The position numbers and the translations under genes were made by a program. Source: a bacterium (GTDB lineage: Bacteria; Electryoneota; RPQS01; DYHQ01). Taken from it: a DNA stretch of 64,000 bases. Positions 1 to 9,505 of the stretch are shown one piece after another. Numbering within the stretch: position 1 is the stretch's first letter; the number at the start of each line of letters is the position of its first letter. The notes beneath the pieces were generated by a model. That model was not told where the DNA came from and did not search any database. It worked only from the letters and a program-made list of their open reading frames with translations. Location: the NCBI GenBank assembly GCA_030622545.1, contig JAUXGA010000011.1:18214-82213 (forward strand). Reading direction: 5' to 3'.

Positions 1-1381
1 TACGAGTTCTTTTTCATGTTCTTTTAGTGTTCGCCGGGAACTCGATGTGTGAGGCGCCGGAGAAATAATCAACTCGGCTGGAGTAATACCATGCTCTCCG
101 GCCAAAACGATCGCGCGTTCGATAGCGTTCTCCAACTCGCGCACATTCCCCGGCCAGTGATAACCTTCGAGGATGCGCATCGCTTCCGGAGTCACGCGCT
201 TCATCGGCGCGTTCGTCTTTTCGGAATTCTTTTTCAGGAAATGATTGACCAGAAGCGGAATGTCGCCATTGCGCTCCCGGAGCGGCGGCAGCGTCACCGT
301 AATGACATTCAACCTGTAATAGAGATCCTCGCGGAAATTCCCTTTCTCGACCTGCGCCGCGAGGGATTTGTTCGTGGCGGACATCACGCGGACATCCACC
401 CGGCGTGTTTCCGTGTCTCCGACGCGCCGGAATTCACCCTCCTGCAGAACGCGCAGCAGCTTCGCTTGAATCGCCGGAGGAATATCCGCAATTTCATCTA
501 AGAAAAACGTCCCGCCGTTGGCCACTTCCAACAAACCTCGTTTATCCGAAATCGCACCCGTGAAGGAGCCTTTTTTGTGCCCGAAAAGTTCGCTTTCCAG
601 CAAATGCTCCGAAAGATTGCCGCAGAATTGCACGATAAACGGTTTCTTCCGGCGCGGCCCGTTGTAATGCAGCGCGCGCGCCGCCAGTTCTTTTCCGGTA
701 CCCGACTCTCCTTCAAAAAGAGTCGAGATGTCTGATTGAATAATCTTGCTTAAAAGCGAGAAAATCTGCTGCATCTTCGAGCTGTTCCCGACAAGTTCGC
801 TGAATCCATAGCGCCGTTCCACTTCGGAGCGAAGGAACTTGTTTTCTTCGCGCAGTCGTTCCATCAGCCGCGCATTTTCGATAGCAATCGCCGCCAAGTC
901 GGCAAACGCGCTTAAAAACGAAAGTGTTTCGGGTGTAAAACCTCCTCGACGCGTTCTGCCGTCAAGATAAATCGCTCCCAAGACGCGCCCGCGCAAATGG
1001 AACGGCACACACGCGACGGCTTGAATCTGTTTTAAAATCAGACTTTCCGACCCCTCGAAACGCTGATCCGCCTGCGCGTCCATCGTCAAAACCGGTTTGC
1101 GCGATTCAATGACTCCACTAACAATCGAGCGACTGAATCCATCCTTGTCCATCGCCGTCTCTGCGGAAATGTTCCGGGCGGTACGGACTCGCAAGCTCTC
1201 GTCTTCGCTCAACACCAGGAAACCGCGCTCGGCTTCAACCGCTTGCACGGCAACCTCCATGACGTGTTCGAGCAAACTGTCTATATCCGTGATGGAATTG
1301 ATGGATTGGCTGATATCGTAGAGAGCTTTCAAATGCTCTTGCGTCAGGGAAGGATATTGCGACGTTGGTTTGTCAGGCACG
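1..1381 (-). CDS. Sigma-54-dependent transcriptional activator (GAF sensor + AAA+ sigma-54 interaction domain), 3'-truncated by window edge; HTH lies beyond coordinate 1
   Basis: Minus-strand frame translates to ...NSSKMQQIFSLLSKIIQSDISTLFEGESGTGKELAARALHYNGPRRKKPFIVQFCG...ELFGHKKGSFTGA...REDLYYRLNVITVTLPPLRERNGDIPLL... (Walker A GESGTGKE, GAFTGA-like motif, RE(D)LYYRL); N-terminal GAF-like region. Starts with GTG at ~1381 preceded by GGAGG, so absent from the ATG-based ORF track; the track's 49..501(+) ORF is its antisense shadow. Confidence 0.85.
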
Positions 1382-1411
1382 GGTTCCTCCGGGAAAAGTC
1401 AACGTTATAGA

Positions 1412-2182
1412 TTAGTTTCCTGATGAAGAAACGACAAAATGGAAGGGCAGCGATGTCGCACTGTTGCCGTCGCCGTCCACAACCGAGACGGTCCAGGAAT
1501 AGTAGAAATCAGGGTCTCCCAAATTGTCCAGGCTGTCGGGGAGTTCGACGCAAACCATTGTGCAACTATCCGGAAGCCCTTCGCTGTTCCAAATCACACG
1601 ATTCTCAGGATTAAGGTAGCAATTTATCGAGTATGTAAACGCACGCCCCCAGATATATCGTGCCCACTCAAAACACGGCCAATATGTTCTGACCGTATCG
1701 GGAGGATAGAATTGGTCTCCAGGAGATCTGGGACCAGGATAGCTTCGATTCGGTTCGGAGATGCTGTCGCTCTTTTGAATGATATATCCCGCGTCATCCA
1801 TAAAGAAAACCGTAAAGACGGAATCCATGTAGGTCTCCAGTTTTCCCGGTAATTGCTCCGTGAACTCATAGAGCATCAACGAGAAATTATCTTCCGCGGC
1901 ATCATAGTGCATCTGACCAAGGGCTCTCTCTCCCAAGGTCAGCCATGCACTGTCCAGAGTGGATATTCCATCCGGATCGTAAATGTCTGCAATCACTTTT
2001 AAATCACAGAAATCCAGCATGAACTCACGGCAATGCGTTTCGAATCGAAGTTGTCGAATCTCTGGCGGCCCATCGAAATTCGAAGCTCCCGGATCCCGAG
2101 GATTGTCCCGTAGAGGTGACCAATCACAACCCGCTAAATAAATCGCCGCCAGAAATACGAGAAAAGCGATGCGTTTCGTCAT
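1412..2182 (-). CDS. Hypothetical lipoprotein (signal peptide + lipobox LAGC)
   Basis: ORF track 256 aa; N-terminus MTKRIAFLVFLAAIYLAGCD is a classic lipoprotein signal; no recognisable catalytic motifs; 30 nt upstream of the sigma-54 regulator start on same strand. Confidence 0.55.
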   Translation of the reverse strand: MTKRIAFLVFLAAIYLAGCDWSPLRDNPRDPGASNFDGPPEIRQLRFETHCREFMLDFCDLKVIADIYDPDGISTLDSAWLTLGERALGQMHYDAAEDNFSLMLYEFTEQLPGKLETYMDSVFTVFFMDDAGYIIQKSDSISEPNRSYPGPRSPGDQFYPPDTVRTYWPCFEWARYIWGRAFTYSINCYLNPENRVIWNSEGLPDSCTMVCVELPDSLDNLGDPDFYYSWTVSVVDGDGNSATSLPFHFVVSSSGN

Positions 2183-2405
2183 GTTAATACCCTATTTCTC
2201 ACTAATTTAGATATACAGTTTTGCGCGCACAGGATATAACATAGTTGCACGCAAATTTTGCATTAAAATATACAGCTTTTTTTCATAGGATGCAAGGTTT
2301 TCGTAAAAAATTTGAAACGGGGTGTTTTGGGGGGATTCGAAGAATAGAAAAAGGCTGCGATTTATATCACAGCCCTGTTGGAAGAAATCCAAATATGCTG
2401 GAGAA

Positions 2406-3959
2406 CTATTTAATTAAGACGAGCCGTTGTGTTGAAATCGAGTGCCTATCGACAAGAATTTGGGCGAAATAAACACCCGAAGCCCATGAAGAACCTGAAA
2501 CGGATAATAGATGCTTCCCCGCAGCATGCTTTCCGTAGAAAATGCGACCGACTTCCTGACCCAGCATGTTAAAAACAGCGATTTCCACAGTCGCACTACG
2601 GTACAGTTCCAACGGAAGGACGGTTGACATGTTGAAAGGATTCGGATAAGCTGCACCCACACTTATATCTGTTGGAACATTCGGATTCGGATCAGCAGCG
2701 GCGCTTTGAAAATAATAAGCACCCACATCAGCGACTGTACCGTCCGGGTCGCGGGGCGCTCCTACATTCGGGTCTCCTGCATCAATACAAGGGGAATTAT
2801 TTTGCAATTCGTAACTGAAAGGCTCTTCTCCAACAACTCCAACAAACAGCGGATCCATGTTGAAATTTCCTTCATCATCTAATCTTCCATCCAGTGTCTG
2901 GCCAACACCTTTGTCATCATTTAATGATGAGGTACCGTAAAGCTCCTGCCATAAATCACAGTAATCTATTGAGGGCGTCGCCAAACAATCGGTAGCAACG
3001 AATGAGCCTCCAGCATTACCATCCAGCCATAGAATCGAGTTGACAATTTCGGCGTAAGCGCGACCCCACAGTAAGATGGCCGAACGCTCGCTGTTTTCAG
3101 AGATGATATGCAAGGTACAATTCTCGATAGTGTAATCGTGACTATCATCAGCTCGAATCCAGATTCCGCGCGCCCAATATCCCCGGCTTTCAGCGCGAAT
3201 CACATTCCGCTTGATAAGCAGATTATCGCAGTTATTCTTGGCGTAGATTCCCGTGATACTTCCCTGTCCATCAATACGAAATTCATTATGCTCAATCAGC
3301 AAATTTTGCGAATCCTGGATATGAAGACAAGATGTATGATTTGTACCAAGAACACTCACGATAATATTGTTGTCGTTCACTATGGAATTGGATGCTCGAA
3401 CAAGAAAAATCGCCGAACCCGCCGCTCTTGATTTCGTGATAGTGCTGTTCTTCATCCAAACAGGTGCGCCTGTGCATTCAAGTGCCGTACGCCGCGCTCC
3501 AATCATACAGTCATTGATATCCAAAGGTCGTCCTTTCGACGTAAGCGCACGAGACGGAAGAGCCTCTGGATCAAAATGAACGTGATTCAAGCGAACCGTG
3601 TCGTCAGCAGCGCCCGCCAGAAAAAGGAAACACTGCGCCCCAGTATCTGCTTCAACAATAATCGGAGCCCATGCTTCTCCCATCGCCTGAAAGCCGCCTT
3701 CAACCCTGATAGGCAACCTCCATTCCACTCGCACCGTAACCCCAGCGTGAATCGTCAGGGTCTTGTCAGCAGGAACCCAACTATCCCCATCAATGACATA
3801 TACGTAATGGGTCGTATCAGGCGGATCGACATCCCCCCAATCCCCGAACTGTGTGAGATCTCCTGAGACCCGGGTTTCCGACTGCAGAACACCCGCCAAC
3901 ATCAGGCAGATTCCCACAAGCACAATGCAACGTATAAATACTTTCATGCCTACCTCCAC
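2406..3959 (-). CDS. Secreted right-handed beta-helix (pectate-lyase-fold) protein with T9SS C-terminal sorting domain
   Basis: 517 aa ORF; probable true start at internal MKVFIRCIVLVG (GGAGG 5 nt upstream); repetitive NxIxxN beta-helix-like segments; C-terminus AYPNPFNMSTVLPLEL...VYFAQILVDRHSISTQRLVLIK matches Por/T9SS CTD. Confidence 0.75.
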   Translation of the reverse strand: MEVGMKVFIRCIVLVGICLMLAGVLQSETRVSGDLTQFGDWGDVDPPDTTHYVYVIDGDSWVPADKTLTIHAGVTVRVEWRLPIRVEGGFQAMGEAWAPIIVEADTGAQCFLFLAGAADDTVRLNHVHFDPEALPSRALTSKGRPLDINDCMIGARRTALECTGAPVWMKNSTITKSRAAGSAIFLVRASNSIVNDNNIIVSVLGTNHTSCLHIQDSQNLLIEHNEFRIDGQGSITGIYAKNNCDNLLIKRNVIRAESRGYWARGIWIRADDSHDYTIENCTLHIISENSERSAILLWGRAYAEIVNSILWLDGNAGGSFVATDCLATPSIDYCDLWQELYGTSSLNDDKGVGQTLDGRLDDEGNFNMDPLFVGVVGEEPFSYELQNNSPCIDAGDPNVGAPRDPDGTVADVGAYYFQSAAADPNPNVPTDISVGAAYPNPFNMSTVLPLELYRSATVEIAVFNMLGQEVGRIFYGKHAAGKHLLSVSGSSWASGVYFAQILVDRHSISTQRLVLIK

Positions 3960-4063
3960 ACGGCTGGTTAAGGCATCTTCAACACCTATATAAATTTACA
4001 AAGTTCAACTCCCGGAGTCAAGGTTTCTTGGCAATTTTTGAATCTTTTCTTGCATCACTGTCT

Positions 4064-4288
4064 TTATATGATTTTCTTGATATTGTCAAGTATTTCGTTA
4101 TTTTCAGGGAAACGGCCTTCTTTTCTTTTCGAAAAGAGGAGGCGGCCATCCACTTCTACCTCGAAAACACCCCCACCTGATTTGATAAATTCAATCTCCG
4201 AATACCCTTCTCGCTTGAGAAAATCGGCCAGACTGGCCGCTTGGGGATAGTAGTTTCATTCTACACAGTATTCAATTGTTATACGCAT
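4064..4288 (-). CDS. SelW/Rdx-family selenoprotein (in-frame UGA = Sec in CxxU motif); 74 aa
   Basis: Not in ORF track. Minus strand: AAGGAG-N9-ATG then MRITIEYCVE-TGA-NYYPQAASLADFLKREGYSEIEFIKSGGGVFEVEVDGRLLFSKRKEGRFPENNEILDNIKKII-TAA. CVEU fits the Rdx CxxU redox motif; C-terminal GGGxFEVxVDGxLLFSKxxxGRFP resembles SelW/Rdx family; TGA codon at plus 4256-4258. Confidence 0.7.
4225..4239 (-). promoter_or_regulatory. Candidate bacterial SECIS stem-loop (CGGCC-AGUCU-GGCCG) starting 16 nt 3' of the in-frame UGA
   Basis: Perfect 5-bp GC stem with 5-nt loop containing GU, positioned at the distance expected for a bacterial SECIS element; seen directly in sequence. Confidence 0.4.
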
Positions 4289-4336
4289 ACCGGACATCTC
4301 CTTTTTCTTTTAAAATCACATAGCTCCGATATAGTT

Positions 4337-5011
4337 CTATGATTTTCCGATGACATATTTCGCCGGTCGGCTGCGCAGAACTTGCAGCACTCCCGTTACG
4401 ATTTCCCTTCGACTCAAACGGCGCGGGCCTCGCACAGTCTGCGTGCGACCAAGGTATAATTCTGTCGGGACGATTTGAGTCCCCACCAGCTCTCGTCTGA
4501 GAGCTCTCAGGTAAATCTGCAGCGCGGCACGACTGGCGGCATAAGCGGCGGGTTGTTTTTCAAGCGCGAGAGCCGCCGCACCACATATCACGATTGCATG
4601 GCCTCGCCCCAGACGCTTGAACATGGGATGCGCCAATGAAAAACAATTGATGAATCCATAGAAATTCAATCCCATGACGCGTACTAATTCCGCGCCGCTG
4701 AAAACTTCCTTTATCGCAGTATCAGGTTCAATCCCGACGTTGTAAATCAGACAATCCAACCGCGGTGACCTCTCCACGATCTTCTCAAAAGCTTTAATGA
4801 CTTGCTTGCCGTCGGTAACACTGGCCGCCAGCGATAGTACGGAACCGGGCGCCCAATTGGTCGCGGCCATGACCTCACGCAACCTTTCCTTTGTACGGAA
4901 GAAAAGCACGACACGCTCGCCCCGCTTTACGATTTCGTCCGCTAAAGCAATCATTGCAGGCGAGACCCCGGCTATCAATGTGGTTGGGCATTCCTGTTCC
5001 AAGGATATCAT
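4337..5011 (-). CDS. Short-chain dehydrogenase/reductase (SDR) family oxidoreductase
   Basis: 224 aa; Rossmann-like N-terminus (TLIAGVSPAMIALADEIVKRGERVVLF), SDR-like Y..AS(R/K) region AAYAASRAAL; start codon overlaps nothing; directly upstream (same strand) of selenoprotein gene. Confidence 0.7.
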   Translation of the reverse strand: MISLEQECPTTLIAGVSPAMIALADEIVKRGERVVLFFRTKERLREVMAATNWAPGSVLSLAASVTDGKQVIKAFEKIVERSPRLDCLIYNVGIEPDTAIKEVFSGAELVRVMGLNFYGFINCFSLAHPMFKRLGRGHAIVICGAAALALEKQPAAYAASRAALQIYLRALRRELVGTQIVPTELYLGRTQTVRGPRRLSRREIVTGVLQVLRSRPAKYVIGKS

Positions 5012-5084
5012 TCAATAAGCTCCTATATCATCAGAGCGCACAGCCCCTCTTATAAATATCGGCATTCTTAAGAGCGATCTCAAG

Positions 5085-6842
5085 TTAGAAATTCCAACTC
5101 AGCGCCAGCGCGGTTTCAACGCGCTCTTCAACACCCGTCTCTGCAACGCGCGTGATACGCCCTTGTACGAGAAAATTCTCCAGCAACTCCAGCACAGCCC
5201 AGAGCGAATAACGGTCTGTCCGGTGGAAATCACCCTCCAACAAGGGGTACGTGGAGTCCGGCGAACCCGTCAGCGGCGCGTAAATACTCCCCCCTACATT
5301 GTTATACTCACCTGCTGAAGAATTCGCACCATGATTCTGCCGTTGCCAACGCAGTCCGAACTGCACGGGATAAAAAGTCGCTCGAAGTTCTGTGGTCATG
5401 AATTCCGAATTGGGTTCAAGCGTAAGCCCAAGCGGCGATGTCCAATGCGTATAAACATTCGTCGCAAAAACATGCGAATAAACAAACGGCCTGACTTGCG
5501 TGTATTCGGCGCGTGCGTCGAGAAACCGCCATGTTCCCCGTGGCGCGGCATGGATGCCGAGAGTAAACGCAGACTTGTTGCGCGCGTCATCGCTCCCGAA
5601 TTCGGCAATCGCCATATCATCCCAGAGCAATTCTCCATAAGTCATCAGGCCGCGAAACGGACGCCAAGTCGCATCAAAAGCGACGAGCAAATTATCCTTA
5701 TCGCCCTCTGCATGCTCAATGGAATATAAAAAAGACACGGGAGTGATATACGCCAATTCAACGTTCCGGTCGCCATAAACCACTCCCTGAGAAAATCCAA
5801 GAAGCAGATTCGGTAGCGCTTTCAGCTCAATGCGCTGCGCCGACAGGAATTTCTGCCGGTCAATGGTGCGAGGTCGTCCGCTCGGGGCGATGTACAGTGT
5901 ATCTCCCGGCACTCCGTAGGCTTTGAGAAACGCATGAAGAAACGTATAATTCAAAACCGGGCCATCTTTGCCGCGAAAGACAGCATCGAAACGCACATAA
6001 TCGAACGGCGGCCCTTCAGCGGAAAGAAAAAGCTGTCCGAATCGCCCCGGCCCCCATGCATGACGCCCGCGCCCCAGCGAAAGCGACATATTGCGTCCGT
6101 ACCACTGGATAAAAGACTCCGAAACATTGTATGAAACGCTCGTCGCTTTATCCTTTAGATCAACAAACGCCCAGCGATCCTCATAGAGCTGTTCGCGCGC
6201 TGTATAAGGACCGCGCCCCGATTCGCCGTAATCGCGGAAATCCACCATGAAATGCAGCGCACCTGCCGCTCCTCCCTCCAGACGGAAACCCGCCCCGCTG
6301 CGGCGAATACCTTGCGCTTCCGAGTCTGTCCAGATGCCTTCAATTCCATAGACAGGCTGATACGTCAAAGCGAACTTCTCTTCGAGATGAAGCGCCGCAA
6401 AATGATGGTTCGTGGAATAGAGCCATCGCAATCCGCGCCGATTTCTTATCCCAACCTTTTTTAGAAACCGGGACCAGCCGCTTTCGCATACCGGTTTGAT
6501 GCGGCCTTCAGCAATTAGATGCCGCGATAGACTTTCACTTCGGAACCGGCGGCTTTCTTTATCGGAAAATCCTACTGAATTCACTGAATCGAAATGAAAC
6601 TGGAAATAGGGACGAATATGTGACTGCAACGGCAAATCTCCTCGCGCCTGCGTTCGATCAACATAGTCATAAAATCGATGACCGAGCTGAGGATAATCGA
6701 AATAAATACTGCGACAACCGGGCTCCGCCGCAAAGACACGCGATGCGATGAGTCCCATCGCCAAAGCTCCAATCATATACGACCAACGTTTAATCGTAAC
6801 TTTTCCCTTCATCCGATTCTTCTTGAAGTAAGTACTTTTCAT
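5085..6842 (-). CDS. Outer-membrane beta-barrel protein (hypothetical; porin/Wzi-like)
   Basis: 585 aa; N-terminal signal-like segment MIGALAMGLIASRVFAAEP; alternating amphipathic beta-strand pattern, aromatic-rich, C-terminal ...LALSWNF (terminal Phe typical of OMPs). Confidence 0.55.
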   Translation of the reverse strand: MKSTYFKKNRMKGKVTIKRWSYMIGALAMGLIASRVFAAEPGCRSIYFDYPQLGHRFYDYVDRTQARGDLPLQSHIRPYFQFHFDSVNSVGFSDKESRRFRSESLSRHLIAEGRIKPVCESGWSRFLKKVGIRNRRGLRWLYSTNHHFAALHLEEKFALTYQPVYGIEGIWTDSEAQGIRRSGAGFRLEGGAAGALHFMVDFRDYGESGRGPYTAREQLYEDRWAFVDLKDKATSVSYNVSESFIQWYGRNMSLSLGRGRHAWGPGRFGQLFLSAEGPPFDYVRFDAVFRGKDGPVLNYTFLHAFLKAYGVPGDTLYIAPSGRPRTIDRQKFLSAQRIELKALPNLLLGFSQGVVYGDRNVELAYITPVSFLYSIEHAEGDKDNLLVAFDATWRPFRGLMTYGELLWDDMAIAEFGSDDARNKSAFTLGIHAAPRGTWRFLDARAEYTQVRPFVYSHVFATNVYTHWTSPLGLTLEPNSEFMTTELRATFYPVQFGLRWQRQNHGANSSAGEYNNVGGSIYAPLTGSPDSTYPLLEGDFHRTDRYSLWAVLELLENFLVQGRITRVAETGVEERVETALALSWNF

Positions 6843-6978
6843 AAGCTTAATATAATACTCTCGCCTTTGAATCGCAAGCCGTCTGTCTTCAACTTGACTA
6901 ACATAATGCTTGACATTTCAAACAATATCATGTATATTCTAAAAATGACCGCAAATAAAATTTCGGGAGGTATCCCCA

Positions 6979-8603
6979 TGAAAAAGATATCCGTGTTTGT
7001 AATGGGCCTTGCCCTGATTATCCTGCTCGTCGTGATAAGCTGCACCAAGAAATCAACCGATGGCGGAGACGGACCGGCTACATCCTGGACGGTGATGTTG
7101 TACGGCGCTGGTAATAATAATCTGGACTCCACCAACAACGCTACGTCGTACATTATTCAGGATGTGCAGGACATGGAAAAAGTCGGCAGCCAGCCCGGTA
7201 TGGAAATCATTGCGATGGTGGCATCGTGGCGCACGGGCGGGCAGGCGAAATACTACCATGTCGAATACCACCCCAGCGAGAATCCGGATCAACTCAGTTC
7301 GCCCGTCCTTGCAGACAAGGGCTCCAAGGATATGTCCGACCCGGCCACGCTCACGGAGTTCCTCGACTACTGCAAGACCAACTATCCCGCTTCGAATTAT
7401 CTGTTGATCATTAATGACCATGGAGCCGGCTGGCCGGGAAGCTGCACCGACGATTTGAACGGCGGTGGTGGCGATTTGACAATGCCCGAGCTTAAAAACG
7501 CGATTGCTCAATCGGAGTTGGGGCACGTTGATATTGTCACCTTCCACGCCTGTTTGATGGCAATGGTGGAAGTGGGCTATGAGCTGCGCAGTGTGGCGGA
7601 CTATATGACCGCTTGCCAGTTTACTATGCCGATGGAAAACATTCTTGGCTCTGATATCTGGCTGGGTTGGCTTAAAGATAATCTGAATGCAACACCGTAT
7701 GATTTGGCGCACAAAATTGCTGAATCCGTTCCCCAGCGCGCGGAATTCAAGCAGAAGACCAGTCATTACGCAATGATTAATCTTGCCGAAATGACCACCA
7801 TCGGTTCAAAAATCGGAAATTTCGGAAATATTCTCGCTACTGAAGGCGCCGCTCATTGGGGTGAAGTCGTACATGCGTGGGGAGAAACACATTTCACGCA
7901 ATATGACAATCCCGCATATGTGGATTTGCGCGAGTTCGCCAATAAGATCAAGCTGGAACCCAACCTGTCGCAAATCAATCTTATCAACACACAGGCCAAT
8001 GAAATCATTGCTTCAGTGAACAATGCCGTCCCCTACACGCGCGTCTATATCAAACCCGGTGATCCCAACGTGGCGCGCGGCGGACTCAATATTCACTTCC
8101 CACATCAGATACAGGATTTTGACTCCGCGAACTACGTCACACTGGATTTCCATAATACCAACTGGCACGCTTTCTTATCGACATTCCTGCGCAATTCAGG
8201 TCCAGAGCCGCCTCCAGGATGCCCGACGACTTGCGCCGAAGCGGCAGTGATTCAAGTGGGAGAAGCTGTAACCGAATGTCAATTTTCTGAAGGGGAAACC
8301 CAACACTGGGGCCGCATCACCCTCAATCCGGGAAATTATCGCTTCCAACTCTACGGCTTCCCCGGAGGAGCGGATTACGACTTGTACTCCTTTATGCAAT
8401 GCGCTGATTATCCCGACAATCCCACCGGCTGCAGTGGTGAAGCTACCGGGCCTGAAGATTTTGGCTGTGAAGTTACAGGAGGCGCTATCGAGGCTTTTGT
8501 TCTTGTCAACGCCTATCAGCCACCTTATGGCGGCTATACTCTGTTGATTACGCAGACAGGGATAGCAAATCCAGATAATCCAACGATTGTAGCCACACGA
8601 TAG
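6979..8603 (+). CDS. Clostripain-like cysteine peptidase (family C11) lipoprotein with C-terminal pre-peptidase (PPC-like) domain
   Basis: GGAGG 8 nt upstream of ATG at 6979 (ORF-track 6678 start is an N-terminal over-extension); MKKISVFVMGLALIILLVVISC lipoprotein signal; His-Cys dyad motifs IINDHGAGWPGS and VTFHACLMAMVEVGYEL as in C11 peptidases; Cys/Gly-rich C-terminal domain. Confidence 0.8.
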
Positions 8604-8635
8604 CTCATCCTGCTACCTGAAAAATTTCTTACTGA

Positions 8636-8669
8636 AACACCTCCGGTGCGAGAATAACCGGGGGTGTTT
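8636..8669 (+). terminator. Stem-loop downstream of C11 peptidase gene (AAACACCTCCGG...CCGGGGGTGTTT)
   Basis: Inverted repeat directly 3' of stop; followed by T-rich tract tcctatttcc. Confidence 0.4.
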
Positions 8670-8803
8670 CCTATTTCCCCTCGAGTGCGGGGGAAAGAAG
8701 AGGAGTTGACTTTGTGCGATTTCAGTCGTAAATTTATGTTTTTCCTCACGATGCTGCAGGCTATCCTGCTGTTGTGATTATAGTTCCGAATCATAGAACA
8801 ATC

Positions 8804-9496
8804 ATGCATCTGCTTATCTTCGACATAGACGGCACTCTGGCAACGTTTGCCGGAATAACGCGCGTCGCGTTCAACCAGACGTTCGAGCATCTGTTCGGAC
8901 AACCGGGTCCGTGGGGACAAGTGCTCCCACATGGTAAAACCGACCGTGCGATTCTGCGCGAATGCCTCGATGTCGTTCAAATCAACGGTAATTTTGATGC
9001 GATGTTCTCGAAATTTGTCGACAACTATCTGCGCGATCTCCAGCAAGCCCTTCAAACGGCAAGCAAACCAAGACTCATGCCCGGCGTGCGTGAGCTTCTT
9101 GAAAGGTTGGCGACGAACAATACCGCTTGCTTAGCATTGGGAACCGGGAATGTCGAGGAAGCCGCTCGCATGAAATTGCGTCATCTGAATGTGGAGTCAT
9201 TTTTCCCCGTCGGCGGTTTTGGTGAATTCACCGATGAACGCAGCGAATTGCTTGCCGATGCGGTTGATAATGCCGCACGTCACTTTCAATGCACATTCCC
9301 ACCGAAAAACACCTGGGTCATTGGAGATACAACCTATGACATCGAAGGCGCTCAAGCGCTGGGATTGCGCGCGTTAGCTGTCGCGACAGGCGGCTTGTTC
9401 TCATCTGATGATTTACGCCGCGCCAAACCGGATCTTCTTTTCGAGGATTTATCCGACACCGAGCACGTTATAAAATCTCTGAATCTTTCAGACTAA
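8804..9496 (+). CDS. HAD-superfamily hydrolase (phosphatase)
   Basis: MHLLIFDIDGTL (motif I DxDGT), ...WVIGDTTYDIEGAQALG (motif IV); ORF-track start 8774, internal Met at 8804 preferred. Confidence 0.75.
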   Translation: MHLLIFDIDGTLATFAGITRVAFNQTFEHLFGQPGPWGQVLPHGKTDRAILRECLDVVQINGNFDAMFSKFVDNYLRDLQQALQTASKPRLMPGVRELLERLATNNTACLALGTGNVEEAARMKLRHLNVESFFPVGGFGEFTDERSELLADAVDNAARHFQCTFPPKNTWVIGDTTYDIEGAQALGLRALAVATGGLFSSDDLRRAKPDLLFEDLSDTEHVIKSLNLSD

Positions 9497-9505
9497 CTCA
9501 ATCCC

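Noticed and set aside
49-501. 150-aa plus-strand ORF at window start
   Set aside because: Exactly antisense to the sigma-54 activator's AAA+ domain, whose Walker A (GESGTGKE) is readable on the minus strand; Arg-rich antisense translation typical of a GC-rich shadow ORF.
2290-2345. GGATTCGAA (reverse complement of the TTCGAATCC T-loop motif) suggesting a tRNA
   Set aside because: Flanking bases cannot form a T-arm stem or a cloverleaf on either strand; no tRNA recognised anywhere in the window.
4027-4054. TTGGCA...TTGCA resembling a sigma-54 -24/-12 promoter
   Set aside because: GG-to-GC spacing is ~22 nt, not the ~10 nt required; wrong strand for the nearby genes.
6678-6978. 100-codon N-terminal extension of the C11 peptidase ORF
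   Set aside because: Runs through the AT-rich divergent promoter; GGAGG plus ATG at 6979 followed by a lipoprotein signal is the credible start.
7053-7766. 237-aa minus-strand ORF
   Set aside because: Antisense to the C11 peptidase; high-GC shadow.
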